A stretch of 64,000 bases of DNA, taken from positions 5,363,009-5,427,008 of the forward strand of contig CM082591.2 in assembly GCA_040954595.2 (NCBI GenBank), written 5' to 3'. The notes under the pieces are model-generated. The model did not search any database. It was not told the origin of the DNA and saw only the letters and a program-made list of their open reading frames with translations. This document shows, piece after piece, positions 23,501 through 34,183 of this stretch. This stretch comes from Balanoglossus misakiensis. Lineage: Eukaryota > Animalia > Hemichordata. How positions within the stretch are numbered: position 1 is the stretch's first letter; every line of letters begins with the position of its first letter. A program made the position numbers and the translations under genes.

Positions 23501-25797
23501 TATGGCTAAGTATACAAGTATTATATATTGGCATTAAACCACTCCTAGGCATTGGTGTACTACTTGTTTGTGACTAGGTAACATGCATATATGTACATGT
23601 ACTTGTATATAATGTGAAGTGGTTAAAACATTGTGGTATACCATTACTTTACCTGGGAGTGGTTTATTGCTTAACCCTTTCACCACCATGGTTTAGTCCA
23701 AATCTATTGCTTTCTCTGGTAAAGTTGGACCTCCATAGAGGCAACTGGGGGTGACAGGGTTAAATATTCAAATTTCGCAGGAGACATTATCCTACCTCCT
23801 CGGCTTGCCCATCAGTCTTCTGATTGTAGACCATTCAGTCCTACTCATCCTTCTGGTTTTCAACTGTGGAAAATTCTCTCTCAGACACACACAAAAATCA
23901 TTCTCTCCTTCAAACAGGGGTCTGTCATGAAACCCAAAAAAAATGTATTATTCAGTTATTCACTTCAGAGTTTGGGGAAGCACTACATTTGACACCCTGT
24001 ACGAAGGTCAGGAATTGCATCTTTTCATATTCTGATCTCTGTATGAAAAGTATTTTTGTTTGCTATCAAAAGCTCTCATAAAGCACACTGACATTCTTCA
24101 TATACCCAACATAGCTTGCCAGGGTAAACCTTACATTGAAAATGGTATTTTGTCTGCGGCAACAAATGCACATTATGTCAATTGTAATTTTCATTATGTA
24201 CAATATACAACTAAAGTCCCTTTATCTTTTTAACCCTTTCACCACCATGGTTTGATCCAAATCCATTGTTTTCTACAGTGAATTTGGACTCCTATATAGG
24301 AAACCAGGGGTGAAAGGGTTAAAAATTGGTCAAGCTGACAAGTTCACAGAATCCTATTGCCTTACCTGTCAATATTGGAATAAAACCATTCATAAATGCA
24401 CCACTTGTATGCTTTGGGGAGCTTCAGCAGATTTTTTAATCTAGCACCAATCTTTTGAGCCGCCCGCTTGTCTGGTGTAGTCATCAAGGCAGGTGTCAAT
24501 GATCTCTGTGTGTGTCAATCATATAAGAAAAACACAAACATTCCCAGACATGTCAAATGAGTAATTGATAATCTGCATAAAAGCTTATGTGTGAGGAATA
24601 ATCAAACCAACTTCAAATTACATAAGCACTTATTTTGCCACTCATGCTGACTATTATATATTATATCTCTAAGTAATGATAGTAACCATGTCTGTAAACA
24701 TCTGCAATGGTTATTCGATGCCAAATGATTGCTTAATTATTTATTAGTATTTTGAGTATATGGACTTATATTCTCTAAAAACAGTTATTATTATTATTAT
24801 TATTATTATTTAATTTCTGCGAGGCATAACTCCACATTCAATACTCAATGCCAGAACACACACCGGATGAGAATTTGGGCTGATTTTCGAAGCCTTCCTT
24901 GGAGACTTCATCGGGACAGTCGTCACGTCAGCATAGTCATCTAGTCGACGATTCCGCTTTCTATCTCTGCCAGTCTGTAAAAGGAAAGATCAACAAAAAT
25001 GACAATAAATTATATCAGTACATACCACATCCCTTATCCCCCACCCCATTTACTTATTATAGGTCCCAAGTTCACCATAGTAAAACAATGGGTTTGGACT
25101 AAACCATGCCAGCTGAAGAGGGGGGATCTAAATGCAGTGTTCTGGAATGCAGAATTTGTATGGTTTCTTAATAATCCAGACTTACCCTTCTGTAGGTACT
25201 GGGAGAGTTCTTTCCAGCGGTCTTCAAACTCATCAGAGCTTCTGCCGAACTACCTACATAAATTAGAATATATACGTTCGTGTGTTTCCCTGTGTAATGA
25301 GTGGTCATTGGTGTATGAGAGATTTCCATGATGATGATCAATATATCTTGCCGACAATGCGAGTGTTGCTAACACCGGTACTGTATGTAAACAGTACCGT
25401 AGTCCGTAACAAAATAAGCCGGTGATTTCGTCTAAAGACCAGCTGGATTTTGAATCAAGATACGCCACGTTGTGTGTTGGTATACGCGTACAAATGAAAT
25501 GCATCGAAATCATTATATTTAGGTCAGCAACGTTACGTATGTAATGTTTGTCCTCTATATTCTAAACCCCGATCGCTTCCGCACCAGACCCATTTTCTGG
25601 CATCGTACGTTTACAGCCGGTATATAAGTTTAAACAGATCAGCTCTGTTGCCGATCGGTGTGTTTACCCTTACTGCAAGTGTGGCGATACACTTTTAATA
25701 AGACAGATCGCACCGATCTTTGGGCACTGGATTTTTACAGGCAATATTAAACAATGTATGTGTTGTCCTACTTACTCTCCAACGCACTGTCCGCCAT
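20537..25797 (-). CDS. LIN9: Protein lin-9 homolog (DREAM/MuvB core subunit), 14 exons
   Basis: Exons (minus strand): 25797-25776, 25253-25186, 24974-24864, 24505-24366, 23921-23796, 23195-23038, 22868-22735, 22555-22473, 22247-22112, 21931-21851, 21718-21593, 21309-21130, 20918-20824, 20639-20537. Diagnostic peptides: LKNLLKLPKAYKWCIYEWFYSNIDRPLFEGENDF, EWSTIRRLMGKPRRCSPAFFEEER (DIRP domain), DGLFTGQIDAVD...YRVTFDRPGLGTHTIPDVEV (Tudor-like) and C-terminal CFQDSVEIHVAHIQSGMSQMGNLHAFAA. Confidence 0.97.
21491..21581. mobile_element. About 90-bp TTAA/CCC-terminal (piggyBac-like) MITE, reverse orientation
   Basis: TTAACCCTTTCACCCC...CCATAATGGTGAAGGGGTT; same family as 23671, 24230, 51520, 54635 and 61283. 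Confidence 0.75.
23240..23405. mobile_element. CAGT-terminal (Tc1/pogo-like) MITE copy
   Basis: Reverse-complement match to 49633-49796 (AGTGGCCAC...ACAGTCCCTGT.CAATTCACAT.GTGTTAATTAACCTCTATATA...CCCTTGACTGGCCACTATA). Confidence 0.7.
23671..23763. mobile_element. About 90-bp TTAA/CCC-terminal (piggyBac-like) MITE
   Basis: TTAACCCTTTCACCACCATGGTTT...GGGGTGACAGGGTTAA, with TTAA on both sides and terminal inverted repeats. Confidence 0.85.
24230..24322. mobile_element. About 90-bp TTAA/CCC-terminal (piggyBac-like) MITE
   Basis: TTAACCCTTTCACCACCATGGTTTGATCCAAATCCATTGTTTTCTA...GGGGTGAAAGGGTTAA. Confidence 0.85.
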
Positions 25798-26160
25798 CTT
25801 GGAATGGACGCGCCTCTTTTTAAAGAACCGCGGGGAACTCTGGGACATAAATAATGAGTGAAATTGATGCGTGTGTTTTCTTCCGGTTGAGTTCCGTCAA
25901 ACACAAAAATCTTCAAGGGGAGTCTAGTTGTGGGGCTACGAAACTGCAGAAATATAACATGGTAAAAGAATCGAACTGTGTAGTTTATTTATCCTTCAGT
26001 ATAAATACCACGTCAGTAGAATTTACATTAAAAAACAAACTGCAGATTGATGGATACAAAGTTCCACGGCTTTCGAATTGCGAAATGGGCATGAGAAATT
26101 AATGGCAATGGGCCTGTAGTTTATACTGATGTAAGATTTTTGATAGATAGATAGATAGAT

Positions 26161-26213
<53 letters not shown>

Positions 26214-26456
26214 CATTGTAGATAGATAGATATAATAGATAGATAGATAGGATACGCGGTTTGGCCCTGTGGTGGCGCCTGTCTGGTGATGACGTAGCTT
26301 AGTGTAAATGACGTCATAGCATTACCCACATTGCTGTTCTCTGAAATGGCTTCAGCTGTGTCACGGAAGCCGTTGTCGGTTGCGTTGTAGTGTGGCAACA
26401 TTCCTCTAAAGGGGCGGTCAGAAGTTGTAGTTGTACTGGTAGGGGTTTAGTACATC
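25798..26456. promoter_or_regulatory. Bidirectional promoter region shared by LIN9 and SPT2
   Basis: Start codons are divergent and about 660 bp apart. The region contains a YY1-like CAAGATGGCGG over the LIN9 ATG, TTTAAA next to CCGCG (25819-25832), a perfect CRE palindrome TGACGTCA (about 26309-26316) and a GC box GGGGCGG (26411-26417). Function is inferred. Confidence 0.6.
26142..26249. repeat. (GATA)n microsatellite
   Basis: Direct reading, within the LIN9/SPT2 intergenic region. Confidence 0.95.
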
Positions 26457-29400
26457 ATGAACTTTCATGATTTGTTGTCTGTTGCCGCCCAAAAACAGAA
26501 GCAAGCCGAGAAACAGGTAGGTTATGGTGTACTTCCGGCTTGTGGTGTATTGGATTGTCTTTGTAACATTGCTGGTCATTGCCAGCCAGCTGGGTAACTC
26601 ATTCATGGTGGAAGAGGTGTGAAGCGACACCTTCCTGGCGACTTGCTACTCTTGGCGACAATTCCCTTCACGGATGTGGTCATAGATCTGTTATTTTATT
26701 TACGGTCCAACATTGACCATACCGCAGCAATCGGACATTCTGTTACAAGCAGCGAATGTAAATATCACGTAATGAAATGAACATGTTGAAATATGGTTCC
26801 AGTTTTGGCCAGTACTGCCAGGGATTCGAGATCCAATCAGTTCTCGCCTTACAGGGCATTTGTAGATAACACGTTTTCTGTTTACTCTTCATATCCCTAA
26901 CATCATTGCCAATCAATCAGTTAGCGATGTACCATTGTACAGCAAGTCAGATTTATTGTGAAACGATATTCTGAACTTGAAGTCAAACTGATTGATTGGC
27001 CTAACCACAACTGCTACTACTAAAAATATTGATTGGGAAGGGGCATGATCGCAATATATATAAATGGAACAATGGGATCTCTTTTACTTTGCCAGTGTAC
27101 TGATGTCATTGTGCCATCTCTGCTTAAATGGCTGGCTTTCTGCTCTTTTACATATTGCACACCAAATGTCCTTGTACCACAGTTTCCGTATGTTACACTA
27201 CAGGCTTTAGTCTCACCAGCCATTTTAGATCACCTTTCTTATATATCACTGTCACATGACTACTGATCCAATCACACAAACATAACAATGCATAATAAAC
27301 AATTTTCTATTGTTTGCAGCTGGGACAAAAGAGATACAGCACTGTTGTACCGCCTCCCAAGAAGGAAGTGAAGAGGGTGAATACTGATGCGATCAAGGCT
27401 TTGTTAAATAAGAAAGATCACGACAAACAGCAAAAAGGTAACATTTGCAGATTCTAGGTCTGTTACAATGTTCACCTCGGAAATTCCGAGTATGCCGCTA
27501 ATGTATGTAAACATGCTGAATGACATCACAACAAAAATAGAAGATGCAAGGTCATGCAGAGGTCATCAAAATGACCTATCGTTCCATGTCGAAACAAGAA
27601 ATCCATCATAATCCTGCTTGTCCAGAAAACGTTCACAGAAAACCAATAATGCCAACATGCAGGGTGTGAATGGTGCAGTGATTATGCAGAAAGTTTAATT
27701 ATTTTTAAATGCAAACAAAAGTATCTAAATATTGCCACTATCTCCCTTTTAATCTTCTCTATTTTGCCTGCTACAGCTGTTGAAGATGTCCAGAAAAGGA
27801 AAGAAGTTAAGAAAAGCCAAAAGCAAGCCTTGCAGAATTCCCGAACAAAAGTCGCTGGTAAGCATGAGAAGGTTAGTGACGAGAGAACTAAGTCTTCACA
27901 GAAAGACAAACACGGCGCGAGTGCCAACAAAAAGAACGGACAAACGGCTGCTGTTTACAAGAGCAAGGACCACGAGAAAAGTCACAAAAAATTCATGGAA
28001 AAGGTGAAGGGGTTGGGGGACAAGGTGAGAGATAAAGAGATCAGGAAAGAACCGGTGGTTTCAAAACGTACATCCAGGGCACCTATGAAGAAACCGTCGC
28101 AGGGTGGACCGATTGATTTCAGTAAACTCATGGAGCTGGCCGCGAAGAAGCAACACGAACCCGCGCCGAAACCGCAGCGAGATGATGTGACATCTCGGGG
28201 CGAGAACGGCAGACACAGGGCCGGGAACCACCGGGAACTGTCGAATAACCACCGGGACCCGCACAGCAGCAATAGAGAAACGTCCAGAACACACACTGGG
28301 AAAAGGAAAGGAAGCGACGAACGGGGTCACCCGCAGAGGGGCGCCGAGGCCCAGCCGGCAAAAAAGCCACGGCTGAACGGACTAAGCATCAACAACGGGA
28401 AACCCGGGACTAAAAACTCCAGCCAGTCTTTGCAGAAAGACAGGAAGGAAATGCTGAACAAATCGAACAAGATGGCCGACAAACATGGGCAATACAGGCC
28501 GAGAGAGGGCGCTGTTCTACAGCCCCGGCCTGGGGGGTCAGGCCAAAAACAGCGCCCCCAACCTACTGCAAGTGCCAGTAGTAGCTCCAGAACTATGAAA
28601 GCAGATCACCAAGTCGCAAGGTCCCAGCAGCGTCCACCCGCACCATATGGCAGAAACTCAATAGACCAGGGACCTTTCAAGAGACCTGCAGGTAAATGTA
28701 TATGCAGCATTCAGTTTTTTTATTCACATACTTTTCTCCATAGACTTGACACAGAGATTGGCGGCCATTTTGATTTTGAGACAGTTCGACAAAATTTTGC
28801 TTTCTTCAAAATTTTGTTGGGTGATCCCTAATTTTTATTTTCAATTTAAGGAGAGAATAATCTGAAGGTGCCTTGAGAAAAATATGAGAGATTTTGATTT
28901 CAAGGTGCATTCTACTTTAACTTTTATTTGAGAAACCATGTCGTTCGTCTCACATTTCAGCAAGACCTCCTGCGAACGTAAAACTCAAAAGACGACAGCT
29001 GGACAGTGAAAGCGAAGATGAGGATGACGATTTTATCGACGATTCACCAGGCGACGATGTTGATGTGTCCAGCTACATCAAGGAAATCTTTGGCTACGAC
29101 AAATCTAGGTGAGTATAATTTTTTCTGTTTGTGTGTACTGTATGTACGTATGTTATTTCTGCAGATGATTAACTTTGAATGAATATCTTCATGAATATTC
29201 ATTTTCTGTTGGCAGATATGGCTATGAGAGTGAGTATGCCCTGCGCAGTATGGACGCTTCATACAGTCAGATTGTTAAGGAAGAAGCTAGGAGGTAAGAA
29301 AATGTTTCTAATGCCCCATGAGTTGCTATTTTTAGGTCCCATTCGTATGTACCATGGGACCTTATGGGATCGGTTGCGTCTGTATGTATGGATGGATGGA

Positions 29401-29819
29401 TGTATGTCTGTATGTCCGTCCACATCAAAAACTTGAAAACCGCTGCATGTATCACCTTGATATTTGGTGTGCTGATGCAGGCTGGGCTGTAGATGAGAGT
29501 TTGTTCAAATGAAGGTGTCATCGCCAAAAATATGCAAATTAGCTGGAAAAATGTGATATTGGTCAAAACTCAGTAACTCAAGAACTACTGGTCAGATTGC
29601 TTTGCAACTTGGTGTGTATTTACTTTATTGAGACCTTATATAGAGTGTTTTCATTTTGCGGTGATATCAGAAAATGGCTAATTTTGGTGATTTTTTTGTC
29701 ATTTTCCTCATTTTTCCCACAGTGCAAGAATCGCCATGGAGGAAGACTTGGAAGACATGAGAAAGGAGAAGGAAGAAATCAGAAGAAAAGCCATGAAAAA
29801 AGCCCAAAGTAAAAAATAG
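26457..29819 (+). CDS. SPTY2D1: Protein SPT2 homolog (histone H3/H4 chaperone), 6 exons
   Basis: Exons 26457-26516 (MNFHDLLSVAAQKQ), 27320-27437 (KRYSTVVPPPKKEVKRVNTDAIKALL), 27777-28691 (basic low-complexity region including PIDFSKLMELAAKKQHEP), 28961-29108, 29216-29293 and 29723-29819. C-terminal SPT2 domain: DDFIDD...VSSYIKEIFGYDKSRY...MDASYSQIVKEEARSARIAMEEDLEDMRKE. Confidence 0.93.
29330..29700. mobile_element. Helentron-associated (HINE/DINE-1-like) non-autonomous element in the last SPT2 intron
   Basis: Starts in a T-run (TTTTTAGGTCCCAT), has a sub-terminal palindrome GGTCCCAT...ATGGGACC, then a GTAT/GGAT/GTCC microsatellite and two degenerate AAAACT...TTGGTGTG core repeats. This matches the known layout of such elements; the family assignment is inference. 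Confidence 0.55.
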
Positions 29820-31146
29820 TTATATTTCATCTTCACTTGACTGGCACGGTTTACAGTGCGAGGGATTTTTTTAAAATTATGTACAGTTTTGTTTTAAACA
29901 GGAGCAGGACATGACATTCTTGAGTTATTGCGTTTTTGAGCGAGCAAGTGCAAATAAGTGTATATTTCCAGGTGCTAACAACTGGTCCCTCAAATTTATG
30001 TTTGTGAACATGTGTATTATGCACATATACTGCCTTTATTTGCATTATATCAGTTTTGTTTGCAATGGAAAAGAGAGAACTCCAGAACTTTAATATCTGT
30101 TTAATTTAAAACAAATAATAATTATGACTAGTACCTGAATTTCTCGATAGAAATAATTTTGCTCTCCAGGTAGCAGATATAAATTTAAATAGTTGAATAC
30201 CCACTAATGCTAGATATTTCATTGAAATGCAAAGAATTTATCAATTTTGCAGTAGTTTAGCATTGTCATGACCTGTTGATTTCTGTAATCAAATTAAGTA
30301 ATTTAAATCCGTGTGAGAGCCCAGGGGCCTTAGTTTAATACATGTATTTGAGAGATACAAGGTGTGGGCTCTTGCCTGGTAATTTGACTGGCTTATTACA
30401 TCCCACGTTGGCTGAACTTCTCAGGCTTACAAAGGTTACTTGATATGTATTTACAAATGAAACTGCTAGAAAATAACACAACCCAAAGTCGGTCTCGACC
30501 CATCAGGTGTTCCTATTTGTGCCAGATGTAAGTCAAAACGTTTATTTCTACTCTAAGAAGAAAAAGCTACTGAGTAAAAATCAGCTTGTGCTTTTGACAT
30601 GTTGTAAACTCAAGGAAGTGAGGAAAGTATATTTATTTACCATACACTGCAATAACAGTCACACTCTCCTGGGAATTGTCATTTTACACAAAAAATCAAT
30701 CATCGTAAATAGTTTTGGAAAGTAAATAGCTCTATTATAAGTGCTTGAATATATTCTTTTCTCTGTAATGTTTCTGACAACAATCCGATTTATCGACGAA
30801 AACATTTTGCAGAGGGCAGTCTTTGGGCATACCACATAGTAATTAGTAATCACCTTGTCAGCAAGGCCAAGTTTACATAATTATTACCTTTTTCGGTAAT
30901 AATTATGTATTTATCTGTTAACACACACAGTTCTGTGCAATTGTTTAAAAAGAGAGGTACCAGTAATTATACACTGGTATACAGTACTCTATTGCCATGG
31001 AAATAAAGCCACATATCTTTTAAATAAACTGTTCTGTATTCCTATTATAATTATAAAGTAATTATCACGTAGAATTTATCTGCGCACATACACTTGTGTT
31101 TTCAAAAGAAACATTTTAAATATACAAAGTCATTTTGTGAAAGTTT

Positions 31147-31212
31147 ACATACATAGTACATACATACATACATACATACATACATACATACATACATACA
31201 TACATACATACA
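31147..31212. repeat. (TACA)n microsatellite
   Basis: Direct reading. Confidence 0.95.
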
Positions 31213-31627
31213 CACACAACACATCAACAAATGTAGAAAGTAAGTTTTTCTTTGCTTAAATCTGAGTAGATTAGATGTTACATCTTTCTGGAGGGTTTAC
31301 TTCCGTTGCAGCCATTAATGTTAAAAAATAGACACGTTTTCATTAGGTGGGGTTATTGATACTGAGTCTCATACAGTGAATATGAAATAAATTGGACTGC
31401 AAGGGATCACCGGTGGCCTTAGTCTCCACCAGGGTGCGTGGTTCGTGGGGCGAGGAAACATTGTCGGGAGTCTGTTTGGCAGACCAACACTGAGATTTAA
31501 CGACGTCTGATTCCTACTGTCCATCCATGATACTGGCAAGACCGGCACAAAACCTCCCGTGGCCATGCCAATTGCATTAATTTAAAAGATGCGTTGCTGA
31601 TCAGAAGCAGCAGAGAAACTTTCCGCA

Positions 31628-32797
31628 ATGAAGTGGAAACGCAGATGTCCTTTTACGACAGCAACTGTATTCGGACTGTGTCTGTTTATGGTCGTTTCCT
31701 CTGTCCTGTTCAATACACCTGGATTCAGACGTTTTCTCTGCGAACAGTTGGAGTTAGGACGCGCCGACGGTTTCTCGAAGCCTGACGAGAGCATCGGTCG
31801 GGAGAAATCGGACAAGTCTGAAGTCGGCCATAAAAGGGGTAATGATGCGACGGAGTACATGAGCCTTGATGCAGAAACATACCAGTCGATTCTGTATAAC
31901 ATTTCTTGTTATGATGCGACGAACGCGTGGTCTTATACGGGAGGGTCGCTCCTGCCCGCGACCATGAGGAAAGAGCGAGGTTGCAAGCAACGGCTACCAC
32001 AATCAGTCATTGTCGGCGCAAAGAAATGTGGAACCACCGCCTTGGGGTTCTTCTTGAGCTCGCACCCTTCAGTCGCCATGCCTTTGCACGAGGTCCACTT
32101 CTTCGATGCGAACTACAAAAAGGGATTGTCCTGGTACAAGAACTCCATGCCGTACACAACACCCGACCAAACGACTTTAGAGAAAACGCCCAAGTATTTT
32201 GTCTTTCCGCACGACGTTCCGAAGAAAATACACGACGAACTGTCGCCTTCTACCAAGATCGTGCTAGTGCTCTGCGACCCTGTCAGACGAGCAATTTCTG
32301 ATTTCACCCACGAGCAAAACATCAGACAATCGCCGCTCTCTGAACGTCTACAAAGTGCGTCGATACCTCGTCATTACTATCTCGCTGCAACTTTCGCAGA
32401 ATCGATCATGGCAGCAGACAGAAACTTAAACTACTACAACGAACTTATCGACACGGGAATATACGTCAAACACATTCTGCGGTGGTTGGAGTACTTCCCG
32501 CTTAGCCAGATCCACGTCGTCGATGCCGGCTTGTTGAAGACCGACGCCCTGCTTGAGATGAGACGAATAGAACGTTTTCTGCAGCTGCCGCCATACTTCA
32601 GTCCGAGCCAATTCGAGTACGATGCCGAGACGGGCGTTTATTGCTTAGCTTTCCCGGCGAAGGAATGCCCCGCCGCCGGTCTAAAACACGGCCACGTCGA
32701 TGAAGAACTCGTACAAATTCTTAGTGAATTTTACACGCCGTATGATCGACATTTGGCAAAGTTACTAAATAGGAATTTCACGTGGATGGCCAAGTAA
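31628..32797 (+). CDS. Heparan sulfate glucosamine 3-O-sulfotransferase-like Golgi type-II membrane protein (single coding exon, 389 aa)
   Basis: N-terminal basic segment plus TM; CKQRLPQSVIVGAKKCGTTAL (5'-PSB loop); HP...EVHFFD...GLSWY...MP...EKTPKYF; CDPVRRAISDF (3'-PB); TGIY...WLEYFPLSQIHVVD; C-terminal LSEFYTPY...FTW. All are HS3ST-family signatures. Orthology to a specific HS3ST is not established. Confidence 0.9.
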   Translation: MKWKRRCPFTTATVFGLCLFMVVSSVLFNTPGFRRFLCEQLELGRADGFSKPDESIGREKSDKSEVGHKRGNDATEYMSLDAETYQSILYNISCYDATNAWSYTGGSLLPATMRKERGCKQRLPQSVIVGAKKCGTTALGFFLSSHPSVAMPLHEVHFFDANYKKGLSWYKNSMPYTTPDQTTLEKTPKYFVFPHDVPKKIHDELSPSTKIVLVLCDPVRRAISDFTHEQNIRQSPLSERLQSASIPRHYYLAATFAESIMAADRNLNYYNELIDTGIYVKHILRWLEYFPLSQIHVVDAGLLKTDALLEMRRIERFLQLPPYFSPSQFEYDAETGVYCLAFPAKECPAAGLKHGHVDEELVQILSEFYTPYDRHLAKLLNRNFTWMAK

Positions 32798-32858
32798 TAC
32801 CGTTGCTGGTTTTATGACACGATACATACATGTAGTCGTCAAGTGCCACTGTTCCAAT

Positions 32859-33235
32859 TGTACATTATTGCAAACAATGTGGTTGTTACTTTGTATTACA
32901 TTGTAGTGTCACTGCTACAATGTACATCATTGCAAACAATGTGATTGTTACTTTGTATTACACTGTAGTGTAACTGCTACAATGTACATTATTGCAAACA
33001 CTGTGGTTGTTACTTTGTATTACATTGTACATCATTGCAAACAATGTGGTTGTTACTTTGTATTACATTGTAGTGTCACTGCTACAATGTACATCATTGC
33101 AAACAATGTGATTGTTACTTTGTATTACACTGTAGTGTAACTGCTACAATGTACATTATTGCAAACACTGTGGTTGTTACTTTGTATTACATTGTACATC
33201 ATTGCAAACAATGTGGTTGTTACTTTGTATTACAC
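32859..33235. repeat. Minisatellite with 62/62/43-bp monomers forming a 167-bp higher-order repeat
   Basis: Monomer starts (TGTACAT) at 32859, 32921, 32983, 33026, 33088, 33150 and 33193. Diagnostic variants recur at 167-bp spacing. Confidence 0.92.
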
Positions 33236-34183
33236 TATACACGTTGTATCATATTTCCAAGTCAATTTGATATAACATGTATTGGGTCTCACTGAATAGT
33301 GGCAACAATGCAAATAGTGTGTTTATGAACAGAAAAGTCGCACATGTGCAGTACAGACGACTCTTCCCTTTAATATGAATCCCACATAAAGCCCTAACAT
33401 TTCAACGTAAACAGTTCCACAATCAACAAAAGTTTACTTTAAAGAACGGATAAGAGACCACAGACATTTTAAATTGTATTCACCGTCGTCTTTGATATTT
33501 ACAATGGAGTTCACTAAAGTTTTTCACAACCACACATTAATACAAAACTACACACGTTTTTTCCTGAAAATTATCACATTTGCCTATGTCTGACTCAATG
33601 TAAATGTGAGAATGAAAGAACTACTCGACTGTTTCACGCATTACTGCTAAATGCTTGCTGAAATCGGGAAGATTTTGCTACGGTCAGAACTTCTCTTTGA
33701 GAATTTAGACCATTTTTTAAGTAACAGGAATTTCCGTTTTAACGCAAGATCCAATCGGCAGAATAATTTAACATCACTCCAAATGTTAAACTGCTTTGTG
33801 CTGCTGAAAGGCAACGCTATCCTGAGATTAAGATGCTTCGTAAATAACGAGCCCTCGATGAAATTGAATTCCACTACACTAAATGCATGTTAACGTTCTG
33901 CAGTACATAAAGAGAACATGTTAAAGTACTGCAGAGTTGATTGGCGATGCCGATTCCTTTTCTTGTAATGGAGCGACCAAACGCTGATCGGCGCTGTCAT
34001 TTTCGACGAATTGGATAAAATGTCTTGAGTCTGAAATATGTAGTACTGCTCGGAGCCATTCGTTAACAAGGAGTGACGCCATCGAGTTGATTCCATGCTT
34101 GTTACTGAAAAAAAATCTAATCGACGTCCAAAACCTGACATTGCATCTGTTCAATCACTGAGCCAAAAAATATTTTTAGTTGC

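Noticed and set aside
27982-28370. Minus-strand ORFs overlapping SPT2 exon 3
   Set aside because: Antisense shadows of a GC-rich coding exon.
32859-33235. Regularly spaced repeats superficially like a CRISPR array
   Set aside because: No unique spacers, eukaryotic context and no cas genes; it is a minisatellite.
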